This document shows, one piece after another, positions 19,081 through 26,184 of a DNA stretch of 41,238 nucleotides. Origin of the DNA: Polyangiaceae bacterium (lineage in GTDB: Bacteria > Myxococcota_A > Polyangia > Polyangiales > Polyangiaceae); NCBI GenBank assembly GCA_044376115.1, contig JBILLK010000047.1:1-41238 (forward strand), read 5' to 3'. Every line of letters starts with the position of its first letter. The stretch's first letter is position 1. Position numbers and translations under genes: made by a program. The notes beneath the pieces were generated by a model. It saw nothing but the letters and a program-made list of their open reading frames with translations, made no database searches and was not told the DNA's origin.

Positions 19081-19125
19081 CCAGGCGTTGCAGTCGCACG
19101 ACCACTGAACGCCAGGTCGTTAGGT
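19075..19125 (+). mobile_element. attC site 2 (short, degenerate R'')
   Basis: GCCTAGC-CAG-GCGTTGCAGT...ACTGAACGC-CAGGTC-GTTAGGT; R'' is complementary to the preceding R' GTTAGGC except at one base. Confidence 0.75.
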
Positions 19126-19171
19126 GGCGCTGCCACCATCAACGTATTCCCAACGCAAAGAAGGGCCCCGG

Positions 19172-19657
19172 ATGACGTCGATTCTCGAGGACGTGCAGAC
19201 TTCGGCCAACTGGATCAGCGAGGCCCTCACGAGCTCGGGCTACCAAGCCGACTTCTCACCCGACTCCCTCATTGAGGTCGATCGCTTCTTCTCGGAGCAC
19301 TCGAACAACGGCAAGGCTGTTCACGGAGGCCTCCTCTCCGAATCGCTGGGGTCACGGCTCTTTGCGATCGGCTCCTACGTCGGGGAGGTTCTACGGCGCA
19401 ATGTTGGCGGGGAATGGAGTGGGGACGACTCCGACCCTCAAGCCGAGATCAACGTCGCACTTCACCTTCCCAATGGCACCGTTTGCTGGCCCGTCCAACG
19501 AGCAATGAAGCCGTTCAAGCTCGGGCCAGAGGAGGGTATCGCTGCGTATGGCGCCCACGCCGGCCTCCATTTCACTCGCTCGATCTGGCCCTCCAATACC
19601 ACCGCTACATCCCATTCCAAGACGGCTCCGAAGAAACCTTGGTGGAAGGTTTGGTAA
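19172..19657 (+). CDS. cassette-borne protein resembling toxin-immunity proteins
   Basis: DFSPDSLIEVDRFF..IGSYVGEVLRRNVGGEW..CWP..RAMK; ends KKPWWKVW. Start moved to ATG 19172. Confidence 0.7.
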   Translation: MTSILEDVQTSANWISEALTSSGYQADFSPDSLIEVDRFFSEHSNNGKAVHGGLLSESLGSRLFAIGSYVGEVLRRNVGGEWSGDDSDPQAEINVALHLPNGTVCWPVQRAMKPFKLGPEEGIAAYGAHAGLHFTRSIWPSNTTATSHSKTAPKKPWWKVW

Positions 19658-19666
19658 GGGGGCGCC

Positions 19667-19729
19667 ACCTAGCCCGCGTCGTTGCAGCGCACTCGCTTCG
19701 CTCGCCGCTGGAGCTCCATATCGTTGAGC
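19667..19729 (+). mobile_element. attC site 3 (degenerate)
   Basis: ACCTAGC...CGTTGCAGCG-CACTCGCTTCGCTCGC-CGCTGGAGC...GTTGAGC. The flank GCGCCACCTAGC is the inverse of the cassette's leading GTTAGGTGGCGC (11/12). Confidence 0.7.
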
Positions 19730-19789
19730 GAACCCAGGCTGCGCGGATTCTCTCGTCTCCAAGCAAACGCCAACGCATAGCCGCGCTTC

Positions 19790-20000
19790 TGTCGATCGGG
19801 ACGCATTTATTGGTGCACTGCCAAGCTGGGATCAGCCGCTCATCGGCCTCTGCGCTCGTCGTTCTTCTTACTCGACTGGGCCCCGGGTCTGAGGAATCAC
19901 TCGTGGACTGGCTTTGCGAAAAATATCCTGAGTGCCGGCCTAATCTCCTGCTCACTCAGCTTGCGGATCAGCTCCTTACCACGCGCCTCCGAAGCATGGC
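19790..20000 (+). pseudogene. C-terminal fragment of a predicted protein-tyrosine/dual-specificity phosphatase cassette
   Basis: LLVHCQAGISRSSA (CX5R motif) followed by RPNLLL..LADQLL; no N-terminus or start recognisable; boundaries approximate. Confidence 0.6.
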
Positions 20001-20108
20001 TCAACCGAAGCTCTCGTCGGGAATAGGGCAGCTGTTGCAGCTGACAGACGCCGTCGGTCGCCGTTCGGCTCCCTCTTCCGCCCACCGCAGAACGCCAATA
20101 TGTTAGCC
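19999..20108 (+). mobile_element. attC site 4 (R'' separated from L'' by ~23 extra nt)
   Basis: GCTCAAC at 19999 is the exact complement of the preceding R' GTTGAGC; then CTGTTGCAGCTGAC...CCGCAGAACGCCAATAT-GTTAGCC. Confidence 0.7.
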
Positions 20109-20118
20109 AGACGAGATC

Positions 20119-20808
20119 GTGAGCCTCACTACCGCTGAAATCTCGCAGTTCTTCAGTCCGGACTGGTTCGGCCCGGGCCTGGTCGATGACCTCCTCATCG
20201 CTCATCTGCGCGACAACTTCTCCGAGGCCGACGACCGGAGCCCTGAGCACTACAGATGGCGCGCGTTCACGCTGGTCTTGAAGCAGAGGCGCCCCGCAGC
20301 CGAGCCGTTGCTCCGACAACTTTTGCGCTTAGCTGAGATCGATACCGATCCCTCACTGCGCGATTCAATGGCGATCACGCTGCTGTCGACCCCCGAGTGC
20401 CCCGCCAGTCTCGCCTCCGGTACCGGCTTCGACGACCCGCGTATTCAATCGCTTGTCCGGGCGCGCGTTGAGCGCGAGTCCCTGTCGCGACCCATCCCGG
20501 AGGGCGATTGGCTCCTCGTAACCGCTGACATCTGCCGAGATGGCGGCTCCTTCGAGGCGACGGTCAGGTGCAGCGCCAAGCAGGTCTCGCTGTTGCTGAC
20601 TGTGCTCTCACAGCCGTCGCCCGACGGCGGTCGGCATGGCGGCTTGTTCGCGACCAATGGCAGCGACCCGACTCCCATGACTTTTCTCTCGACCCGCGAG
20701 GAGGAACGCGGATGGGCACGTGCCCTCAGCTCCGCCAGTGGCGGCACAACAGAGTCCGCAGAGCGCGCAAGGGAGATGGCTGCTATCCTCTCCAATCGCG
20801 CGGGCTAA
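20119..20808 (+). CDS. cassette-borne hypothetical protein
   Basis: 229 aa between GTTAGCC (20102) and its exact complement GGCTAAC (20803), which contains the TAA stop. Confidence 0.7.
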   Translation: MSLTTAEISQFFSPDWFGPGLVDDLLIAHLRDNFSEADDRSPEHYRWRAFTLVLKQRRPAAEPLLRQLLRLAEIDTDPSLRDSMAITLLSTPECPASLASGTGFDDPRIQSLVRARVERESLSRPIPEGDWLLVTADICRDGGSFEATVRCSAKQVSLLLTVLSQPSPDGGRHGGLFATNGSDPTPMTFLSTREEERGWARALSSASGGTTESAERAREMAAILSNRAG

Positions 20809-20889
20809 CGTACCGGCGTTCTGCGGCAAGCGCCAGAGGGAGGCCGTAGGCCGACCGTGGCGATTGTCCGCAGCAACGCCCAGTTGTGC
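20803..20889 (-). mobile_element. attC site 5, inverted relative to the others
   Basis: Minus strand reads GCACAAC-TGG-GCGTTGCTG-CGGACAATCGCC...CTCTGGCGCTTGCCG-CAGAACGC-CGGTAC-GTTAGCC, with the same layout and internal sequence as attC1 and attC7. Confidence 0.8.
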
Positions 20890-20951
20890 CGCAACGCCAA
20901 TGCAGGAGATCCCTCTCGAGCCAAGCTCCCCTCAGGTCGCGCCGGCATACA

Positions 20952-21230
20952 CTACGGAGTGGGCTGATCCGGCTTCGCGGTCTCGGCGGGCGCAGGCTCG
21001 GCGGGCTTATCGCCTGCCGGCGTCGCATCACTGTTTAGGATCCAGCCCGCTCGATAGGTGTAGATGTAGACGGCCTTCTTTCCACACGCGGTGACGCCAA
21101 TGGTCTTTCCCTCGAGCGCATAGTCGTCGAGCGTGCCGTTGAGCGCGGTGAGCTCGACCTTGTCCTTCGGGCAGTTGAGCTCAAACGCGGAGCGCTCCAG
21201 CGCGCTCGCGGTGAAGCTGTCGCGAATGGT
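20952..21230 (-). pseudogene. N-terminally truncated gene, probably a small Cys-containing lipoprotein; inverted cassette
   Basis: Not in the ORF track. Open frame TIRDSFTASALERSAFELNCPKDKVEL...KTIGVTACGKKAVYIYTYRAGWILNS...PTP*; no start before the in-frame TAA at 21246-21248; followed by the inverted attC. Confidence 0.6.
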
Positions 21231-21500
21231 TGGCGTATTCGGGCCTTACTGATCAAGATCTCCTGCATCTTATCGGTGCGATTCAACAGGGCGACTGCGC
21301 CGATGAAGCTTCGTTCTGGGTACAGGTACTTGAGCTCAATCTTCCGGGGGCGCCGATCTCCGACCTCCTTTTCTATCCGAATGAGGCGGTTGGCCTTTCG
21401 TGTGGGGCTCTGTCGGCCCACGCGTCGCCGCTCGACATCCTGCGCGCCGCGCGCTCAATGGCCCCTGCAGATCCCCCAACGCGAATCGCCCGGCCCGGCT
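21230..21500 (+). CDS. bacteriocin (colicin/pyocin Im-like) immunity-like protein, ends uncertain
   Basis: LTDQDLLHLIGAIQQGD.ADEASFWVQVLELNLPGAPISDLLFYP....SPLDILRAA resembles Im proteins (SDLIxYP motif). The ORF reads through into the antitoxin promoter, so the 3' end may be deleted. Confidence 0.5.
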
Positions 21501-21524
21501 CGCTGATTCGGTGCTTTATCCATC

Positions 21525-21542
21525 ATCCTACTACAGTAGGAT
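21525..21542. promoter_or_regulatory. palindromic operator overlapping the putative -10 of the TA operon
   Basis: ATCCTACT-AC-AGTAGGAT perfect 8-bp inverted repeat; TAGGAT ends 7 nt before the ATG at 21550. Confidence 0.65.
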
Positions 21543-21549
21543 TAGGCAC

Positions 21550-21777
21550 ATGGGTGAGCCCGCAGCAAAACTGTCTGTCACTGTTCCGAGTGAGCTGGCC
21601 GCCGAGATCCGCAGGCGTGTCGGCGCCAGGGGCGTTTCTGGGTTCGTGACGCGCGCCATTACGCACGAGCTGGAACGCGAGCAGCTCGGCGCATATCTCG
21701 AAGAGCTCGATCGCGAGTTCGGCCCGGTCCCCAAGGAAGTCCTTGCGGAGGCGGGACGTGCATGGCGGAAGCGCTGA
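21550..21777 (+). CDS. RHH/CopG-type antitoxin (VapB-like)
   Basis: 75 aa KLSVTVPSELAAEIRRRVGARGVSGFVTRAI..EL..L.ELDREFGPVP; overlaps the PIN gene. Confidence 0.8.
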   Translation: MGEPAAKLSVTVPSELAAEIRRRVGARGVSGFVTRAITHELEREQLGAYLEELDREFGPVPKEVLAEAGRAWRKR

Positions 21778-22178
21778 TCCTGGATTCGGAAGCGCTGAAC
21801 GCGCTCGCGAACCCGGGCGAGCGCGGTGCGCTCGCGCTACGCATGCGCGCGGTGCTGCAGATCGCTCGTGACCATAGCGCTGTCGTGCGCGTCCCAGCAC
21901 CGGTCCTGGCGGAGGTCTGCAGAAGTCCGAAGCTCGATGCTGCTGTGAACCGCGTTCTCGGGATGAAGGGCATCGTTGTGGCAGAGCTGACCGAACGCAT
22001 TGCGCGGCGAGCCGGCCACCTCCTCGCAAGAGCCAGGCTCGCGTCGGATCATGCGGTCGATGCATTTGTCGTTGCGACCGCGCTGGATTTTCCGGACTCT
22101 CTCATTGCGACGGGTGACGTCGGTAATATCGAAAGTCTGGCTGCCGGGTTCAAGCAGGTCCGAACTTTTCGCATCTAG
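21762..22178 (+). CDS. PIN-domain toxin (VapC-like)
   Basis: LILDSEAL, VPAPVLAEV, AVDAFVVATA, IATGDVGNI. Confidence 0.85.
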   Translation: MAEALILDSEALNALANPGERGALALRMRAVLQIARDHSAVVRVPAPVLAEVCRSPKLDAAVNRVLGMKGIVVAELTERIARRAGHLLARARLASDHAVDAFVVATALDFPDSLIATGDVGNIESLAAGFKQVRTFRI

Positions 22179-22185
22179 AGACGCC

Positions 22186-22209
22186 GGCTAACAAGGCGTT
22201 GCTGCAGAC
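22186..22209 (+). mobile_element. attC left half-site (site 6, truncated)
   Basis: GGCTAAC-AAG-GCGTTGCTGCAGAC after the PIN stop; the right arm is missing. Confidence 0.65.
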
Positions 22210-22217
22210 CTCTCCTT

Positions 22218-22613
22218 ATGCCGCGTAATGCTCTTGCAGTTGTCAGCGTCGTCAAGGATGAGGACGCCGCGCACCCCGTCGCCGCCACGTGGCGCCCCGT
22301 GATCTGCGAAATCGTTCGAGCGTTCTCCCGTGGCGACTACCTAATGTCCCAGCCGGTGGCGGACGTCGACGCTATTTCCGAGGCAACAGCCGAGCATATT
22401 CGCGCAAGCGTTGCAGACTACGGCGCAACCCTGGTCGAGCTACCAGACGAGGCTTGGGAGACGTCCCGCGCGCAATGGATGGTGGGCCACTGGGAGGTCA
22501 TCGTCGATCTCTGGACGAAGGAAGAGGGCCAGAGTGACCTCGTGCTCTCGCTCATGGTCACCGAAGCTGGCGCCGGTCACCGCTTCAAAGTCCACCTGGT
22601 TTACGTTCCCTAG
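22218..22613 (+). CDS. cassette-borne hypothetical protein, possibly immunity-like
   Basis: 131 aa; DYGATLVELPDEAWETS..WEVIVDLWTKEEGQSDLVL..VYVP; flanked by attC remnants. Confidence 0.75.
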   Translation: MPRNALAVVSVVKDEDAAHPVAATWRPVICEIVRAFSRGDYLMSQPVADVDAISEATAEHIRASVADYGATLVELPDEAWETSRAQWMVGHWEVIVDLWTKEEGQSDLVLSLMVTEAGAGHRFKVHLVYVP

Positions 22614-22633
22614 CTCTGAGCGGCCGGGCTCCT

Positions 22634-22692
22634 CGCTAACAGCCTCGCTTCGCTCGGTCTGGCGCTTGCCGCTGAACGCCAATACGTTGCGC
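22634..22692 (+). mobile_element. attC site 7 (L'' deleted)
   Basis: CGCTAACAG|CCTCGCTTCGCTCGGTCTGGCGCTTGCCGCTGAACGCCAATAC-GTTGCGC. Confidence 0.7.
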
Positions 22693-22697
22693 GGGCG

Positions 22698-23450
22698 ATG
22701 CGGTGGCACAACGACGCTCTCAGGATCGCGGGGCGCAGCCCGAGCCCTCTGGCCACCGCTGAAGCGGGGGTTCAGGCACTCGAGGCACGCTTGGGATTCA
22801 CTTTGCCGGCCGCGCTGCGTGAGTTACTCGTTACGGACATCTGGCCTGAGTTCCTGCACGAGTTCAGCAACTGCGACGAACCCCTGACCCTGGCTGAGAT
22901 GGGTAGCGCGAAGGTTCAGTGGCGGAACTATGACGTGCGGGCCGCAGGAATCCTGCCGTTCATGCGCGAGAACCAGCACGTATGCACCTGGGCCCTGCCG
23001 CTGAACCTTGGCGATGATCCGCCAGTCTTGGTCGAGGTTGACTCAGGCGACCCACCGCACTGGCAGACGGCGGCAGCGACCTTCTCGATGTGGGTTCGCT
23101 GCCAAGTAGAGGATCGCCTGTTGCTCAAGCGCGCGATGTTTGCGGCGCAAGCCGAACCGCTCAGCGAGAGCAGTCGCGCCGCGCTCTCCGAGCGCTTCGC
23201 GCTAGGGCAGCCTACCTCGGCTTGGCCAGCGCGTGAGGTCCTCCGGCTTCACGGCGACCTCGGCGACCTTTTGCTGTGGAATGCTGATGACCAGTGCGAT
23301 TGGTGGATCGCTCCGCGCGACCTCGCACACGCGGAACGTCTGCTGGACGTGCTCCCTGTATCCGCGGAGATGCGAAGCCTGCTCTACGACCTGAAACCAG
23401 AAGCGAAGTCTGTACTCGATGCCTGGCGCCTACGATTCACAAGCGAGTGA
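22698..23450 (+). CDS. SMI1/KNR4 (SUKH)-family immunity-like protein
   Basis: VQALEARLGFTLPAALRELL, FMRENQHVCTWAL, DDPPVLV, AATFS.W; starts 5 nt after R'. Confidence 0.75.
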   Translation: MRWHNDALRIAGRSPSPLATAEAGVQALEARLGFTLPAALRELLVTDIWPEFLHEFSNCDEPLTLAEMGSAKVQWRNYDVRAAGILPFMRENQHVCTWALPLNLGDDPPVLVEVDSGDPPHWQTAAATFSMWVRCQVEDRLLLKRAMFAAQAEPLSESSRAALSERFALGQPTSAWPAREVLRLHGDLGDLLLWNADDQCDWWIAPRDLAHAERLLDVLPVSAEMRSLLYDLKPEAKSVLDAWRLRFTSE

Positions 23451-23580
23451 GAAGCATCGACGGTCAGCCGGACGGCGGGCATCTGCACCATTTACGAATG
23501 GGCTGCACACCGCGCCCTCGCTCCGGCCCCACGTTGGAGCCGGCCGCGACGCGGCTGTTACCGCGTGGTACCCTTCTGTC

Positions 23581-23811
23581 ATGTCCGCGATTCGCGCACG
23601 AGTCCATAACGGCCGCCTCCAGCTTGATCAGCCGACTGAGCTGCCGGAAGGCACCGTCCTCGATCTGGTGGTAGACGACGCGGGCGACGACCTCGACGAT
23701 TTGGACCGCGCGGCACTCAACGAGTCCATTTCTCGAGCCCGCGCGTCCATGGAAGCAGGTCGCACTCGTCCCATGCGTGACCTTCTCGCAGACCTGCAGC
23801 GACGGCCTTGA
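23581..23811 (+). CDS. putative type II antitoxin
   Basis: 76 aa MSAIRARVHNGRLQLDQPTELPEGTVLDL..DDLDDLDRAALNESISRA....AGRTRP.RDLLADL; TGGTACCCT extended -10-like motif just upstream. Confidence 0.65.
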   Translation: MSAIRARVHNGRLQLDQPTELPEGTVLDLVVDDAGDDLDDLDRAALNESISRARASMEAGRTRPMRDLLADLQRRP

Positions 23812-23925
23812 TCGTCTCGGCTGAGGCCGAGGTAAAGATCAGATTGATCGCGCAGTGCAGGCGATCCCGGAGCCTCCTGTGGCCGGTTCCGTATGCATGA
23901 CCGTGCTGCTCGTCCTTCTGCCCCT
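23808..23925 (+). pseudogene. possible remnant of a RelE/ParE-type toxin
   Basis: Overlaps the antitoxin stop; fragments LIVSAEAEVKI and DRAVQAIPEPPVAGS..VLLP lie in different frames. Confidence 0.35.
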
Positions 23926-24005
23926 GCGGTCGGCGTCGCCTACGGCATTGCGCCCCTCCCTCACCACCCCTTGGCATCCTCCCCCAAAGCAGCTCTGATC
24001 CCTGC

Positions 24006-24467
24006 ATGAAGATCTTCAGCTTGGTCTCGGTCTTGGCGTTTGCGGCGCTCGCCGCTTGTGGGGATGACGGCGCAAGCGGCGGTGGCGGCGCTGGCGCGAC
24101 CGGAGGCGGCGGCGAAGGGGGTGGCGGCGCAGGCGCAGGTGGCGGCGAGCCCACGCTGTGCGGAGACATCCTCATTTGCGATCCGGGGGTCGCCTGTGTG
24201 GAGCAGCAGTTCCCGCCAGCGTGCACCGACAAGGCGAACAAAGCCGATCCCTGCCCCGAGGGTCAGACCGATACGTTCTGCGGCGGTGCTGGCATGCCTT
24301 GCTGCTGCGAGCCGCCGCCTGCGCCCGACTACTCCTGCGCCGCCGCGGACAACTGCGGAGGGACCGTCTCCTGCGAATGCCTCGGGGACGTCTGCACCGG
24401 GGGGCTCGAATGTGTGAACACAGCAACGCCAAACATTGTGGCCTGCATCGAGCCGGCGATGCCTTGA
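24006..24467 (+). CDS. Cys-rich lipoprotein
   Basis: MKIFSLVSVLAFAALAACGDDG lipobox, Gly linker, many Cys. Confidence 0.85.
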   Translation: MKIFSLVSVLAFAALAACGDDGASGGGGAGATGGGGEGGGGAGAGGGEPTLCGDILICDPGVACVEQQFPPACTDKANKADPCPEGQTDTFCGGAGMPCCCEPPPAPDYSCAAADNCGGTVSCECLGDVCTGGLECVNTATPNIVACIEPAMP

Positions 24468-24501
24468 TTGTGCCGGCGGTGCGCTTGGCGTAGGGAGGCC
24501 C

Positions 24502-26079
24502 ATGTCGGGCCTCGTCACGCGGCACTTGTTGCGCAATACCTCGATCGCGGACCTGTTGCGGCGGAGCCTCACGCTCGCGCCGCGCCTTTGGTTGCTGCTC
24601 TTTCCGTTGTTCCTCGCGTTCCTCGGGCTGCTCGCGGCGATCCTGAAGCTCGACCTCATCCCGCTGGATACGAACCGCGCGGGGCAGCTCTCACAATCGG
24701 GTCGCGAGCTCTCGGCCACCCTCGTTTATGCGGTGCTGCTCGGCTCGGCGTCGTTCTTTGCGCCGATCGTCTCCGGGCTCATCGCGGTCGCAGCGATCCG
24801 TGGCGCGCTGGCCGAGCGCATGACCTTCTCGCTGATCGCGGCCGGAGCCTCGCGGGCGTTCGGCAGCGCGGTGGTGTCGGGCGTGCTGGTGGCGACGCTC
24901 GCGTCGCTTGGCTACGCGTTGTGCTGGTTCCCCGGCCTGTTCGTCCTTGCGTACTTGATGGCGGCGCCCGCAGCGGCGACGGTCGAACGGCTCGGCCCGC
25001 TCGAAAGCCTCAGTCGCTCGGCGTCGCTGGCGAAAGGCAGCGTGGTTCGTCACGCCGGTGCGCTATTTCTACTTTGGACCTTCATCGGCATCCTCGCGCG
25101 CTTCGCCGACATGCTCTCCCCGGCCGCGTGGCGAGGCTCAGGCACCGGCCAGCTCGCACTCTACGCCGTGGCCACCGCGCTGGTCGCGAGCTTCGCTTGC
25201 GTGTGGCAGGCGGCTCTGTTCGCCATCGCCTACAACGACGCGCGCATCGGCGCGGAGGGCCTCGAGATCGACGCGCTCGCGGCCCTACTCGGAGGCGGCG
25301 CGCAGATCGGGCTCGATACCGGCGCCGAGGCGCTCTCCGAGAGCGGCCTCGCGCTACGGCAGAAGAGCCGCCGCGTGATCGTGATCGTCGTCGCAGCGGT
25401 GTTCGGCCTGGGCGTGCTCTCGATCTTCGGCTACCCGGTGGTGCAAGAGAAGCTGAAGCAACGTCAACGCGAGGCCCAGTTCGAGCTCGACAAGGAGAGG
25501 TACGCTCGGGAGTTCGCGCTCGAGCAGGAGCGGCGCGCGGCAGAACCCGTCCCCGAGCAAACCAGCCCCCCAAAGCGCCGCACGAGCCCTGTACCGGAGC
25601 TGCCTGAGCCCGCGCTGCCCCCTCCCCCGCCGGCTCGGACAACCGAAGAAGTCATCGCCTCGTTGAAGGGCGACGACGCTGAGCGACGCAAGGCCCTCGC
25701 AAGCGACATCCCGCAGCTCGGTGAAGCCCTTTGGGGTTTGAAGATCGCGCAGCTGTTCCGAAAGTTCGCCAAGACCGACCGGTCGAAGTACGAGCTCTTG
25801 CTGCTACCGGAGGTAGCCACTCAGCTCCAACTACGGGGTTGCGGCAACGCAGCCACCGAGGCTCGCCTCATGGGCGAACTCGGCTCGTCGGAGCTCGCAA
25901 AGACCTGCCCTGAGAAGAAGGAGCCGCGGGCGATCTCTTCGAAGGCCGCAGAGAAGATGCCCGTTTGGGCGACAGCGCTCGTGATCTTGATCGAGCTCGC
26001 GGCCAAGGACTTCGATCAGCAGAAATCCCCACTGCACAAAGCCGTGGTCGACGCGCTCAAGAAGGAGCGCCGCGAGTGA
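24502..26079 (+). CDS. multi-pass membrane protein with Pro-rich linker and C-terminal soluble domain
   Basis: Start ATG 24502 after GGGAGG; several TM segments, LCWFPGLF..VERLGPLESLSRSASLAKG..YNDARIGAEG. Confidence 0.75.
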   Translation: MSGLVTRHLLRNTSIADLLRRSLTLAPRLWLLLFPLFLAFLGLLAAILKLDLIPLDTNRAGQLSQSGRELSATLVYAVLLGSASFFAPIVSGLIAVAAIRGALAERMTFSLIAAGASRAFGSAVVSGVLVATLASLGYALCWFPGLFVLAYLMAAPAAATVERLGPLESLSRSASLAKGSVVRHAGALFLLWTFIGILARFADMLSPAAWRGSGTGQLALYAVATALVASFACVWQAALFAIAYNDARIGAEGLEIDALAALLGGGAQIGLDTGAEALSESGLALRQKSRRVIVIVVAAVFGLGVLSIFGYPVVQEKLKQRQREAQFELDKERYAREFALEQERRAAEPVPEQTSPPKRRTSPVPELPEPALPPPPPARTTEEVIASLKGDDAERRKALASDIPQLGEALWGLKIAQLFRKFAKTDRSKYELLLLPEVATQLQLRGCGNAATEARLMGELGSSELAKTCPEKKEPRAISSKAAEKMPVWATALVILIELAAKDFDQQKSPLHKAVVDALKKERRE

Positions 26080-26184
26080 TGCATAAGGCCAACCGCTGAG
26101 GCAGCAAAACGAGCGGCGGTCCGCGCCGAGCTCGACTCGAATTCACGCTGGCCACCCGGTCAGATCGCGATTCGAATCACCTAG

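Noticed and set aside
20006..20029. Insert in attC4 as a group II intron or IS1111 scar
   Set aside because: Too short (~23 nt) to assign; the resemblance to an intron 3' end is weak.
19414..20106. 230-aa ORF as one gene
   Set aside because: It overlaps the 19172-19657 gene and crosses two attC sites; only the CX5R-containing part looks real.
18587..22692. Complete integron
   Set aside because: No tyrosine recombinase gene or recognisable attI in the window, so it is reported only as an attC cluster.
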